This document shows, piece by piece, positions 48,588 through 60,459 of a stretch of 64,000 bases of DNA (its first letter is position 1; every line of letters begins with the position of its first letter). The notes below the pieces were generated by a model. That model saw only the letters and a list, made by a program, of their open reading frames with translations, searched no databases and was not told where the DNA came from. Origin of the DNA: Guillardia theta CCMP2712 (taxonomy: Eukaryota; Protista; Cryptophyta); contig NW_005434637.1 of NCBI RefSeq assembly GCF_000315625.1, positions 1 through 64,000 of the forward strand, written 5' to 3'. The translations under genes were made by a program, and so were the position numbers.

Positions 48588-50050
48588 ATGGCGACCATGC
48601 CCTTCATGTCCAGGTTCTTCCGGTCGAACGCGATTCTGCATCAGGTGAGGAGGAGACGCGGAGCCTCTCGACTGACCGACCGCCAGGTGTACCAAGACCG
48701 CACCACAGACATGGACTTGTCCGAGACCGACCTGGGAGACCTTCTCTTCAACAACACTGACGGTCGCATGGAGAGCGCACGATCCTATCGCTCTCTACGA
48801 GAGAGGATGGGAGGATTCATGAGCTCCGAAGAAGAGCAGGAAACCAGTCAGGATAAGCAGGAGCAGGTAGAACAACAGGGGAAGGAGGAAGACAAACTTC
48901 TCTTCTTGCTGTTCAATGTTTCTTTTGTGGTCCTTTGGTTACAAATGTTTCTTTCCTCGGTCCTACTCGGAGTAGAGTCTCAGGCAAGCAGCTGGCTTCT
49001 CATCCTCCAATACCTCGCTCCCATCAACTGTGCTCGTCTTTGCCTTTCAGACATCATCCCGTCCCATCAGAAGCTTTTCATCTCGTTTTCGTTGGCATTT
49101 CACGTGCTCGTCCTCGAGGTCTCATTTGCTCTGTTATTCCTGGGAGAGCTACAAGAAGGGCAATTGAGTCGAGTCAGCTTGGGCATCATTCTTGTCTGTG
49201 TCCTCCTCTCCCACAGATCTCAACAAGATCAGTCTGAGCGCTCTGAACGGCGAGATCAAAGTCAGAATGCCCAGAGCTTGTGGTACATGAGGGTCGGAGC
49301 AGCTGCTGCGTTGATATGGCTGCTCTGTCTTATGCTCTCTTGTTACTTCCTTTCAGACCAAAGAACTTGCTCCGCCGACGAGGTGGGAAAGGTAAAATTC
49401 AACATGCAATTCTCGGATATGGCGACGACAAAGGAGGCACAAGAAGTTGTAAACGCAACTCACGCAGCTATGGACCCACCTCATTTTTCGAACACAACAA
49501 GCAGCTCAGATCCTGATAAGACAGATGCATCATGTGAGTGAAGCAGAGTACAATCAATTGTCATGTCTGTTTTGAGAAATGATTGCAGCGTCGAAGATCG
49601 CAGGGGATGACATGAAGGATCTCTTTGATATTTACAAGATGAAGGTGAAACCTTCTCATACCCTCAGGGCAGGTAGATGACGCACTTGACAGGAAGCTGA
49701 AGTGACGAGATTGACCTCTTCCCTCAACGACTCTCTCCAACAGATTGCCAATCTGTCTGATTTCATAACAAGTCTGCAAAGGTAATGACGTTACATCCCT
49801 CCCTTCTGACACCTGCATCAGTGAAAATGCCAACATTAAGATCAAAATGAATGAATTAAGAGAGTGGAATGCGGCCTTGCTGGCTTCTAAACAGCAGTGT
49901 GTCGACAACAAGCATCTCCGCAAGGAAGAGGAGCTGAGACAAGACTCAACAAGTGAACCTCGTGAAAGCACGAGCGCGCAGGAGTACACAAGTCAAGTTG
50001 TAAAAGGGCCGAGCGATGTGAGACCAAGTGTTCTTCCCTGGCTTGTCTGA
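48588..50050 (+). CDS. Hypothetical multi-pass membrane protein, spliced
   Basis: 317-aa ORF with ~5 hydrophobic segments; downstream exons likely. Confidence 0.55.
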
Positions 50051-50129
50051 AACTGAATGGAGGCGCAGAAGCAAGACAGTCAAAATGGTTTTGCACTCTT
50101 GGCGAGCACTATATTGTTTGTGATGGGGA

Positions 50130-51706
50130 TGATGTGGATCAAGAAGTAATAAACGTCAAGGCAAATAACCTCTATCGTCTACTCGGTTTCTCTCTCTTTC
50201 GAAAGATCACATTGCCGTCTTCGTCTTTGATCTCCAGAAACGACTCGGCAGTGTCGTCATCCTGTGAAAGAAGGTCAGAGCCAGAATGGAATCAGAGAGT
50301 CAGGCCTCTGTCTGAAACAAAGTCTTGTATGGCATGCTGTCACTCCCGGGCGACTGCTCTCCGTTCTCCTCTGTGCCAACACCATGAGAGACATCAGGAG
50401 GAAATGCTTCTTACCTGTGTTCTTGAATGACGATGATCGAACTTCTTCTAAGCTAGTGAGCAAAGACGTGCTGCTGCTTGCCTCCTGCGAGGTACATCAG
50501 TCGTGAGAGGATGACAATTCTTTTCACACGTGGAGATCCGCGAAAGCTGCCCAGTCGTCTCGCAAATCTCTCTGCAGGGGTTTTAGCAACACAAGACGAT
50601 CGGAAAGGGAACTGACGATCTGCGAGCTCGAGCTCATGCTGGTTGAGTTTGCGAGACTTTCCCTAAGGGCAATCTAATCATTTGGACTAGATGAAAGCAA
50701 GACATCACCTCCGTTTCCTTGACAAGGCTTGCTTCTGTGCTATCTCGTGTTGAGTTTTCTGACAGCAAGAATCTCAGCAAAGGAGCAGGATTCTTTGAAC
50801 AATCACCTTTTCTTTCAGATGCTTGTCAAGCTGTTCTGCCAGCTGACATAATCTCTCTTGTTCGATCTGCACATATCGTTTGCCTTGATCCACCGAAACA
50901 ACCACCTTCACACAGGTCAACCTCAAACAAGCTCCTCAGCTTTGCTCTACCCTCATGTCCGGTTTGTGCTGGCACATGTCCTGAGGGAGTTGACCGAGTT
51001 GGTTCTTGATCACGCAGAGCTGCGGGTAATGTCGACAGAGCAACTCAGCGGACTTGACATCTCCGAACTTGATGACAGCATGCAGGCACGTGTCCCCAAG
51101 GGCATCTTTCACTTTGGGATCAGCGTTGCGACCGCACAAGAGCGACAAGACTTGGTAAGCTCGCGGCGACAAGGCTGCCCAGTGAAACACTGTCCTCCCC
51201 CTCTTATCCCTTGCGCACAGATCGGTTCCATCCTCCACCAGAAACCGTAGAGCTTCCACCGATCCCCTCCAGGCCGCAACCATCGCTGGGGTCCTCCCGG
51301 CATCATCGGCCTCTGTCAGTCCATGCAGCCTCGAGTATGGCAGCAGACCGCGAGCAGCAGCTTCAACCAAGTCGACTTGGTTGGAAGCGGCGGCATGATG
51401 AAGGCACAGGCAGGTGTGGGTACACCATCGATCCTTCTTGTAGGACACATATGCCTCGTAGCTGCTCCCGTACCCCAGCGGCGTTCCGTCCTCCACATGC
51501 GCCAGTTTCTTGCCGTTGCCCCTCCCCTTCCCTGACTGACCTGCGCCAGAGTTGCCGTCGAGAACGCTGAAGGATCTGCTTGGGGGACGAGACCTGCTGC
51601 TCCTGACATCGATCGCAAAGTCTCCGACAGGCATGGCTTCAGCATCAAGACGCCATGTCCGCTCACTGAGCAAGAAGCAGCGACGAGACGGTGAACAAGG
51701 TAGCAA
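50130..51706 (-). CDS. Ankyrin repeat protein, spliced
   Basis: DDAGRTPAMVAA, DKRGRTVFHWAA, DALGDTCLHAVI. Ends approximate. Confidence 0.75.
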
Positions 51707-51896
51707 AGAGCCCGTGTCAGTTATGAGCCTAGAGCAGGCAAGCAGTGAACAAGGAGAGGAGCGAGCAAGAGGAGTTGATACGCCATGGAAAATTCGGGAG
51801 GGGAAGAATGTGGCAGGTTAACCGAAATAACGTCAGGGACCTACTGCTGGTCGGGGAGTTCGAGAGCGTGAGGGAGGGTATGATGATGGGAACGAG

Positions 51897-52582
51897 CGTG
51901 TTATAAGAGACGTGCTTGATATGATATGTGATGTGCCATAAGAGACGTGCTTGATATGATTGATGTGTTATAAGAGACGTGCTTGATATGATATGTGATG
52001 TGATATAAGAGACGTGCTTGATATGATATGTGATGTGATATAAGAGACGTGCTTGATATGATATGTGATGTGATATAAGAGACGTGCTTGATATGATTGA
52101 TGTGTTATAAGAGACGTGCTTGATATGATATGTGATGTGATATAAGAGACGTGCTTGATATGATATGTGATGTGATATAAGAGACGTGCTTGATATGATT
52201 GATGTGCCATAAGAGACGTGCTTGATATGATATGTGATGTGATATAAGAGACGTGCTTGATATGATATGTGATGTGATATAAGAGACGTGCTTGATATGA
52301 TTGATGTGATATAAGAGACGTGCTTGATATGATATGTGATGTGCCATAAGAGACGTGCTTGATATGATATGTGATGTGATATAAGAGACGTGCTTGATAT
52401 GATTGATGTGTTATAAGAGACGTGCTTGATAGGATATGCGATGTGATATAAGAGACGTGCTTGATATGATATGTGATGTGCCATAAGAGACGTGCTTGAT
52501 ATGATTGATGTGATATAAGAGACGTGCTTGATATGATATGTGATGTGATATAAGAGACGTGCTTGATAGGATATGTGATGTG
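51897..52582. repeat. 35/32-bp minisatellite, ~20 units
   Basis: Core ATAAGAGACGTGCTTGATATGAT followed by ATGTGATGTGNN (35 bp) or TGATGTGNN (32 bp). Confidence 0.95.
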
Positions 52583-52984
52583 TCGGATGAGATGTGTTAT
52601 CATATCCCATGTATCATAGGAGATGTGCATCGTCAGGTTTTACATGTTGTTTTAAGATGTCTATCTGGATAGTTTGAAGGACGAGGCCCAACAAAAGTCC
52701 TGACATGTAGATTATTTCCTTCAAAGGCTCCTTTCGACTAAAAAGGCGACAGTTTACAAAGATTAAGAACGACAATGAGTGCGGGGGGATTGAACCATCT
52801 GTGGTGAGCGATGAATGAACATTCTGCATTTTGTCACAATGCATGAACATGTGCTTAGTGTACAATAATTGAACATGCTATTAAAATCTGCAAAAACACT
52901 GGGGCAATCTCAGTCTCAAGTTTCAGATCTGTGGATCAGAATCAGAGTTTCCTTTCAACAATTGTACCACCTGCACCCAATCGG

Positions 52985-55900
52985 TCAGGATATGACTAAA
53001 CAACATCTAGGCAAGACATGTTCACCAGCAGTCAGCAGCATAATCCTATCTATCGTCTTGGAATAGTTTCCTCGCGATTCAGGTCCAGACGTCATCGGCT
53101 TGTGGAGACATCTCAAGCACGCCCGGTCAAAGATCCTCGCATAGTCCATGTCTTTGTTTCCTGGCTGCAAATCATCGAGAGATTCATAGAAGAACCTTGA
53201 GAAGCTTGTAGCTGTTTCATCATGAACTTTGCCTTTCCAGCAAATCACGTGCTTCACTCCTCGGTCCACCAGCTGCTTTCCCATGCTTTCAGACTGACAG
53301 GCGTTGAGGACAACACACTCCACCGAAGACTTCGACCGCGACCCTCCGGCCTGTACGGCTATCACGTCTACGACCTCTAGAGGCTTCTTGTAGTCAAACT
53401 CAGTCTTGGTTCCTTCTTTCAACCACCAAAAGCCATTCGTCTGATCGCCATGTCCTGAAAGATGGATGATCTTGATATTCCGGATGCTGCAGATACCCAT
53501 GTAACGAACAAAGTTTTCAAAAGTCGGCTGTGGGTAGATGCGAATATCGAACATCGCATTCATGGTTGTGTCCTGCATGATGTTTGCTTCTTCAAAAGGA
53601 TCGATGTTTTCAAGCTCGTCCCTGAGAAGGGTCGTAAGCATATCTTTTCTATCAGTATTACTCTCCTCGTTCAATTTGTTCTCTATTTTCGTCGTGAGAA
53701 TGGAAACATTGATATTCCTCTTCACGAAGAAAGCAAGCACGCCCCATTTGTTGGAAACAAGCTGTTCATGCAGAGGTCTAGCACTCGCAACCTCTCTTGC
53801 CTCATCAAACGTACTCGTCCTACACGAAAGTTTCCAAATTGCCTGATGAGGATCATCAAACACATCGGCAAACACCTGCTGCATCTCGTTGGCATCACAA
53901 AAACGATCTCTGGGGTCTTTCTTCAAGGCTGTCTTGAGAAAGATGTTCATCGCTGCGCCACAACCAGGGATCTGCTGGAAAGGCTGTCTGCGCACAGCAG
54001 TGAAGAGCTCAAGGACGTCGTGTGAGTAGAAAGGATTTCTTCCTGCCGCCATCTCGTACAGCACAACCCCAGCTGACCAAACGTCCACCCGTGCATCCAG
54101 CTGCGGATCGCCGCGGCACTGCTCGGGGCTGAAGTATTGCCAGGTTCCAACGAACTGACCCGTGCGCGTCAAAGTCTCGTTATAGTCCTGATGCTTGGAA
54201 GACCCAAAGTCGATGAGAACAACTCGGCAGACGTCAGCGTGCGGGAAGGAACACATGATGTTGGAAGGTTTGAGGTCGCGATGAATGATTCCCATTCGAT
54301 GTAGAAGAGACAGTCCCTCCAGCATCTGACCGCCGATCGTCTGCACCATCTCCTCACCAAGCTGTCTGCACTCCCCGTCCTCTGAGGTTTGCATGATCTC
54401 CTTCAATGACTGCCCTTCTACAAACTCCATCACAATCGCAAAAGGCTCTACAAGACAGTCAAACATCTTGACAATGTTGGGGTGTTGAAGTTGTTGCAGA
54501 GTCTTCAGATTCTGGTACTCTCTCTCGTCTGGCCTATTGCAGACTTTGACAGCAAACTTTGATTGAGACCCCTCTGCTTGAGCAAGGTAGACAATTCCTT
54601 GTCCTCCCCTTCCTATGAGACCAAGCACATCAAAACCAGGAATCGTCACGTTTGTTGGTTCCTGTCGACTCTGATTGAGATGCCCACCCAGCCGCTTCAC
54701 AGGAGGCGAACAATACCTCAAAACCTCGTCCAAGTCGAGATCCTGAAAGCTTCCGGCGGAACTCTTAATCCACAACAACTCGAGCTTTCTCCGGACGTAC
54801 AATCGACAAGCGAGTGATTGCAAGAAAGAGTTGACAAAGCAAACAGTTCGCACGAAGGCCCGTCGCCTTGTACTCGTTGACGAGGACACATTGATGCAGA
54901 TGAGCTTACTCTCGTCTGCTGGATCACCGACATGCACAACCTCATACATGACTGTGGGGTGAGGGAGCTCGGCGATCCCATAGATCACTCCCTGTGAGCT
55001 CAGACTGAGGCCTGGAGGTAAAGGATTTTTGTGCAGCTCAAGCTTTCCGTCGACCATGGCTGATAGAGGCTTCACCCGCCATCCCGGCAGCATGCTTGTG
55101 GCATACAAGTACAAGTCACTGATGTCAGTCGTCCTCATCCAGCCTTCTTCTGCAGCACCCCAGCTGACTTCCAGGTCAAGCTCCTGCACTTCTGATCCAC
55201 TCGACGTGATTCTCATGCGCCCGAGCGTCGGACGACATTTTGACGCAGGACAGTGTGCGACCGTTAAGACGAGCTGATCAGAGATCAGCAGCTCGTGCCG
55301 AAGCGAACTCATCACAGCTTGACAGGCCACCAGACACGGGGCGATACAAACCTCGTCTTCGAACCTGATTGAGAACGTTTCAGGCTCAACCGCCAAGATG
55401 TCAGGGATGTCGGGTAGCCTCATGTTCTTGCCGTAACTCGCACCTCTGATGTGCGCATACTTGATGGAGCTGAAAGGCAGAGCAAGCTCGCCGAGAAGTT
55501 CCGACACCGTCAGAAACAGGCGGGTGCGAATGTGCTGCTGCCCGTTGGCGTGTAGGAAGATAGCGTCACAGACGGCTGGCAAGGAGGTGAGAATGGCACG
55601 AGGGCTCAAACTTCCTCGAATAGTCCCGGACGAGGCATCGAGCTGAAGGTCCCCGGGAAGCTGCGAGAGGACGAGGAACGATCCTGTGAGGTTGGCAGTC
55701 GCGATCCCATCCTGCACTTGCCCCACAAAGGTCCTCAAGTGAGTGGCAGAATTACAGACAGATACTTGAGACTCAAGCAGGTCTAACCTCATATACCGGA
55801 AGACATCTCGGACGTTTGACTTTCGTCCTTCCCCTGGCGTCTGTTGAGAGATTTGAATCCTCGCGGAATGGTGAACATCTTCTCGGAGCATCAGCGCAGG

Positions 55901-58900
55901 GAGGGAAGGAGAGCGACTTGGCATGATGCGTCTGCTCCCACTGCCCAAACTCGATGGCGAGATTCGCATCCTCAGAAAGCAGGAGCAAGAACCAAACTCG
56001 TTGTGTGCACGGACGCGGATCTCAAACTCGCCGTCTTGGAGCGGAAACCCGTAGAGACAGCCACTCTCTTCGTCAATGAAGAGGCCAGGGGGCAACGCAG
56101 TCTCAGCTGAGAACCTTGGCAGCGGATAACCACAAGCATCTAGCCTTGCCATCGCTTGCACATGAGTCTTCGTCTTAACTGTTTCTGTTCCCAGCACTTG
56201 AAACGTTGGGTGCGGTTGCTCGTCGATTATGTCAACTGAGAGATCGCTGGTCAGAACCCCGTCCTCGGCGACCTTGACAGCTGTGTAACGGTATCCAAGG
56301 CACTTGACCGAGATTGATCCGTACATGCTGCTCTGAAACGATTCAAACCATCGCCAAACAACAAACGCTAGACCAGCAACCAGAGCAATGTTGAATGGTC
56401 CAAACAAGTAATATTCAGATACAGGATATAATCCGATGTAATCACATACAACGATGGCAGAAGGTATGATGGGTGTCAACAGGTATAGCAGGAAACGCAT
56501 GTGACCATTAGGAAGTTTCCCACCAGAAACGTCTGATAGCCGCGAAGAATACTCGATGATGTCGGTAGACGCATCCTTAATCTTCAAAGTTCGCTCGACG
56601 AGCTTTCGACGGCCGGAAGTTCCCTTCTTATGTGGAGGTCTAGTTGAATGCCGCACGTAAGAACCCAGCTGCGCCGGGGCTCGATTCACAAACTTATGAC
56701 CATGAGGGTGACGTGACATTCGACGGCATTCGAACTCATAGTAACATTGCATGCAGAGCATCGGAGAACATCTTCCCTTGCGAATGCAAGTCTCGCAGAT
56801 CATAAATTCAGTGCTTTGCTCCATACACCACGAACATTGTACATTGCCGGAGATGTCGCATTGCTTGAAGAGCTGTGCCTCGTTCATAAGGATGTACCCG
56901 TCGATATTCTCGTAAGTAAGATTGGAAGGCGAACGGGGAAGAGGATCGATGAACACTCTGACTGATGTCATAGCGATGCCAAGAGGATTGACAGCTGCGA
57001 TAAGAACTGTAACAAAGCTCTCTTCTTTCTTGCACAACTTACACGATGCTTGAAAGATCAGATCGCCGGTCTTTGCGTCGAGGGAAACGTACGGCAACGA
57101 CTGGGAACTTCTTCCAAGGAGGAAGATGGGAGCCGGATAGACATCTCCTTCACTTGACTCAACTTGCAAGACGATTGTTTCTGTCATCCCTTGAAATAGA
57201 AAGACGTTATTGCATCGAATCCCATTCCGCACGTAGCGGAAGCGACCTGGACGTGTTCCTGCTGTTGTTGGACTCAATACAGACAGGTCTATTCTTGACT
57301 CAGAGTGTTTGCGCCACTCACTTGCAGTCCAGCAGACTTGACATGATTTGTCTCCTGAGCAAACACAACACTGAAACTTCTCCATCTCTGCCATGATCAT
57401 GAAAAAACAGATGACGGCAATAAATGGCAAACCAATTAAGTTCAGACGAATTATCAGCACCAGGATTGCATCTGTTTTGTTCCAATAAGGCAGCGAGTGA
57501 TAATAGCCCAACGACATGATAAAGAGCATGACTAAAACGATTAAGATGATCAAAGGATACTGCATGTGCTTGGCAGTGTTGTCGGACAACAGAACTCTCC
57601 TCAAACCAAAAATTACAGACCTGCCTGAGAATTCAGACCACGGAACAAACGGTTTCACCTTGAAATTCCCTCCGTCATGCACTCGTTTGAAATATCGTCC
57701 GCAGACAAGACTCCATGGAAGATTATTCCTTTCACCACATGTCGAACATGCTGCTCGCTGTCCTGCATTTGAGCACTTCAACATCACAACATCCTTCACG
57801 CAAATGCTTTCCAAAGTCCCGTCGTGACGAACGTGTCGCTGAGTTCTCTCTACTATACGTTCCTTGTAACATGAAATGCAGAGTGACATTCCACAAGAAT
57901 TGCATCTCATCCTTCCACTCCCGTCAGGAATCATCCAAACAGAGGGAAACAGGCGCATCGAGATGAATAACAAAAGACCCACCATGAATGGCAGAGCAAA
58001 CACAATTCGAAGAAGGAGGCTTTCTTCTCTAACTCCACATCGCATTAAGTTCTGTTCACACACGGCCTCTCCACGTTCCATGGATTTTCTGCAAGAATTC
58101 AGCTTGTTACAAAGTGCCGATCGCCGTCCATTACAGTAAAACAATGAATATGAATGAGAAAACCCATCTTTGCACCTCAAAGAACAAGTTTTCATCTCGG
58201 CGTCTCCATACCCATGGACGACATTCGGTCCAAAATATTTATCGATGTCGGGACACCGGCGACAGAAAGAAGTAGTCGAGTAACACGTGAGATCTTCTTG
58301 TAGTTGTAGCACATCAGATGATGTGTAAGAGCACACGAAGGGTAGGGAGGTGTGATTGCAATCAGACGAGAAGTATGAGCCTGAATAAGGTCGCAAGGAA
58401 GTGCAACCCGGTTCTAAACCACTCAAGTCACTCAGAGTTGAGAGTGAAGACCCGTCAGACCAGCTCACTCGATTGGTTTCTGTCTGAGCCCCTTGGGCCT
58501 CAACGCGCAATCCAATCCAAACATCCTTCACGTCGCGAGCCAACTCATTTATGCGGGACACTTCACTGACATGCCGAATCGAGGCAAGATGCCCGCCCTG
58601 CCCGACGCAAAATGATTCAGCTTCCATCCAAGATCGTTGCGACAGGTGCAATGAGAACCTTCGGTAGACTTGTCTTGGAGCTTGTGGGGAAGCTGAAGGA
58701 TCAGCCAGGCAGACACTGCCTGCATCGTGTCGTAGATAGCATCTCCTAGCAGAGGGACTGAAACAAAATGCATCTCGATTGTTACTTCTCGCGGATGAAA
58801 GGCACATACTTACGAGGGATTTCTCGCCCAACTCAGTATCAAAATATTCAGTTTGCAGATCTATTGAGTTTGGCTGCAGACAACTGAAATTACGTTCAAT

Positions 58901-59728
58901 CTTTGGACTCAAATAACTTCCTTCTGGACACTTGCAGTAGTCAAGACCATCCTTTGTAGTTTTCCCGTCATTGCAGTACAGGCAAGCGCTACTGTACTTC
59001 ACGTAGAGAAGAGACGGTTGCGCGCTCTCTGAAGGTTGAGGCTCCCAAAACCTACTGACAACACGTTTGGAGAGGCAAGTTGTGCTGTACATGCATGTCC
59101 GTCTTAAGTTGACATCTGAAAACACACTGAAGCAGCGGCAGGTCTTTTCAGCATTGCATGTGTCCACACAATCTTGCAAATTTCCTCGGTAGGGAGTAGC
59201 AAATGCAGCAGCATTTTTGTCTAGAACTGTATGGTCCATAACTACATAACCAAACAATGTCGTAGTGTTTACATGACCTTCACACCTTCCTGTCTCGTCG
59301 ATGCTTATCAGCTCTTCGCACTTCTTAGAATCTCGTGTCGATTCGAACATCTTATTTGCGCACTGACACGACTTGGTACTGCTCTTCCTGCTCCACACAC
59401 CTGTGCTCACAAGCGAGACGTTTGCACACGCCCTGATGCACGTCTGCTGGATTGTGGGGATGGAGTTGTCGACTTCAACATCCATGGTCGGGTACCAGCA
59501 AGAGCTGTAGCTTGAAGGCCCGCAGGTGAGACAAGGATTGCAACCTCCCTTCACTTCGTCGAATCCAGGTAGGCACAACCATGTACATGTCAGGGAAAAC
59601 GACGAGTTTCCCTCCCAGAAAGCATTGGACGGAAGTTGTGAACAGTTTGTTTCACTCGCTGCAATGATGTAATGGCTCAGCGTCACGAGAATGCAGAAAA
59701 TGACAGGCTCCTTGTGATTAACCATCAT
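52985..59728 (-). CDS. Intronless multi-pass receptor-like Ser/Thr kinase with C-type lectin ectodomain and C-terminal CHAT (caspase-fold) domain
   Basis: Signal peptide; Cys-rich/PAN-like repeats; CTLD (SWMEAESFC..GGHLASI..VWIGL..WSDGS..LPFVC); TM segments; putative-Ig repeats (LPPGLFIDEESGCLYG); kinase (GRGGQG, FAVK, HRDLKPSN, DFG, SPE); CHAT (IIHLSGHG, VVLNACQS). First ATG at 59728. Confidence 0.88.
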   Translation of the reverse strand: MMVNHKEPVIFCILVTLSHYIIAASETNCSQLPSNAFWEGNSSFSLTCTWLCLPGFDEVKGGCNPCLTCGPSSYSSCWYPTMDVEVDNSIPTIQQTCIRACANVSLVSTGVWSRKSSTKSCQCANKMFESTRDSKKCEELISIDETGRCEGHVNTTTLFGYVVMDHTVLDKNAAAFATPYRGNLQDCVDTCNAEKTCRCFSVFSDVNLRRTCMYSTTCLSKRVVSRFWEPQPSESAQPSLLYVKYSSACLYCNDGKTTKDGLDYCKCPEGSYLSPKIERNFSCLQPNSIDLQTEYFDTELGEKSLVSMCLSSARSNNRDAFCFSPSARRCYLRHDAGSVCLADPSASPQAPRQVYRRFSLHLSQRSWMEAESFCVGQGGHLASIRHVSEVSRINELARDVKDVWIGLRVEAQGAQTETNRVSWSDGSSLSTLSDLSGLEPGCTSLRPYSGSYFSSDCNHTSLPFVCSYTSSDVLQLQEDLTCYSTTSFCRRCPDIDKYFGPNVVHGYGDAEMKTCSLRCKDGFSHSYSLFYCNGRRSALCNKLNSCRKSMERGEAVCEQNLMRCGVREESLLLRIVFALPFMVGLLLFISMRLFPSVWMIPDGSGRMRCNSCGMSLCISCYKERIVERTQRHVRHDGTLESICVKDVVMLKCSNAGQRAACSTCGERNNLPWSLVCGRYFKRVHDGGNFKVKPFVPWSEFSGRSVIFGLRRVLLSDNTAKHMQYPLIILIVLVMLFIMSLGYYHSLPYWNKTDAILVLIIRLNLIGLPFIAVICFFMIMAEMEKFQCCVCSGDKSCQVCWTASEWRKHSESRIDLSVLSPTTAGTRPGRFRYVRNGIRCNNVFLFQGMTETIVLQVESSEGDVYPAPIFLLGRSSQSLPYVSLDAKTGDLIFQASCKLCKKEESFVTVLIAAVNPLGIAMTSVRVFIDPLPRSPSNLTYENIDGYILMNEAQLFKQCDISGNVQCSWCMEQSTEFMICETCIRKGRCSPMLCMQCYYEFECRRMSRHPHGHKFVNRAPAQLGSYVRHSTRPPHKKGTSGRRKLVERTLKIKDASTDIIEYSSRLSDVSGGKLPNGHMRFLLYLLTPIIPSAIVVCDYIGLYPVSEYYLFGPFNIALVAGLAFVVWRWFESFQSSMYGSISVKCLGYRYTAVKVAEDGVLTSDLSVDIIDEQPHPTFQVLGTETVKTKTHVQAMARLDACGYPLPRFSAETALPPGLFIDEESGCLYGFPLQDGEFEIRVRAHNEFGSCSCFLRMRISPSSLGSGSRRIMPSRSPSLPALMLREDVHHSARIQISQQTPGEGRKSNVRDVFRYMRLDLLESQVSVCNSATHLRTFVGQVQDGIATANLTGSFLVLSQLPGDLQLDASSGTIRGSLSPRAILTSLPAVCDAIFLHANGQQHIRTRLFLTVSELLGELALPFSSIKYAHIRGASYGKNMRLPDIPDILAVEPETFSIRFEDEVCIAPCLVACQAVMSSLRHELLISDQLVLTVAHCPASKCRPTLGRMRITSSGSEVQELDLEVSWGAAEEGWMRTTDISDLYLYATSMLPGWRVKPLSAMVDGKLELHKNPLPPGLSLSSQGVIYGIAELPHPTVMYEVVHVGDPADESKLICINVSSSTSTRRRAFVRTVCFVNSFLQSLACRLYVRRKLELLWIKSSAGSFQDLDLDEVLRYCSPPVKRLGGHLNQSRQEPTNVTIPGFDVLGLIGRGGQGIVYLAQAEGSQSKFAVKVCNRPDEREYQNLKTLQQLQHPNIVKMFDCLVEPFAIVMEFVEGQSLKEIMQTSEDGECRQLGEEMVQTIGGQMLEGLSLLHRMGIIHRDLKPSNIMCSFPHADVCRVVLIDFGSSKHQDYNETLTRTGQFVGTWQYFSPEQCRGDPQLDARVDVWSAGVVLYEMAAGRNPFYSHDVLELFTAVRRQPFQQIPGCGAAMNIFLKTALKKDPRDRFCDANEMQQVFADVFDDPHQAIWKLSCRTSTFDEAREVASARPLHEQLVSNKWGVLAFFVKRNINVSILTTKIENKLNEESNTDRKDMLTTLLRDELENIDPFEEANIMQDTTMNAMFDIRIYPQPTFENFVRYMGICSIRNIKIIHLSGHGDQTNGFWWLKEGTKTEFDYKKPLEVVDVIAVQAGGSRSKSSVECVVLNACQSESMGKQLVDRGVKHVICWKGKVHDETATSFSRFFYESLDDLQPGNKDMDYARIFDRACLRCLHKPMTSGPESRGNYSKTIDRIMLLTAGEHVLPRCCLVIS

Positions 59729-59907
59729 GGTTTCACTAGCTACATCGCTCACTCGAATTGGTAGTTATTCTTTCGAGCATCTCACGAAAAGACTGGGACA
59801 ACACAACTGTATGGATAGCAAGGAAGAAAACTTGCAGAAAGGCAGGATCGAAGGGAGAGCTAAGGTTAAGTAAGGGAAGAGGGAGAAGAAGAAGAAGAAT
59901 GGGGGCA

Positions 59908-60122
59908 GGAGGAGGAGGGGGAGGAGGAGGAGGAGGAGAAGGAGGAGGAGGAGGAGGAGGAGGAGGAGGAGGAGGAGGAGGAGGAGGAGGAGGAGGAGGA
60001 GGANNNNNNNNNNNNNNNNNNNNNNNNNNNNNNNNNNNNNNNNNNNNNNNNNNNNNNNNNNNNNNNNNNNNNNNNNNNNNNNNNNNNNNNNNNNNNNNNN
60101 NNNTATCGCTCTGCTGCTCTTC

Positions 60123-60199
<77 letters not shown>

Positions 60200-60240
60200 T
60201 CCTGCTCCTGCTCCTCCTCATCCTGCTCCTGCTCCTTCTC
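59908..60240. repeat. (GGA)n and (CTCCTG)n tracts flanking a 100-N assembly gap (60004-60103)
   Basis: Read directly from the sequence. Confidence 0.95.
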
Positions 60241-60459
60241 CTCTCCCTGTTCCACCTCTGCTCTCATCTCTATCCTCCTCCAAATCTACATGACAATATT
60301 CTGCTCCACACCCCATCTCTCTTCCATCCCCTAACTTCTCCAACTCCCTACTCGATCTCACAGCAAGCACGCACACTCTCCAGCTTGTTGTTTGCACAGC
60401 CCTCAAAGTTGTTGTCGGGCAATCTTTATACTATCCTCACTGAAGGCTTGTTACACCAG

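Noticed and set aside
51729-52630. His/Ile/Tyr-rich ORFs of 220-293 aa
   Set aside because: They are translations of the 35/32-bp minisatellite, open in several frames; also not a CRISPR array, since only 2 nt vary.
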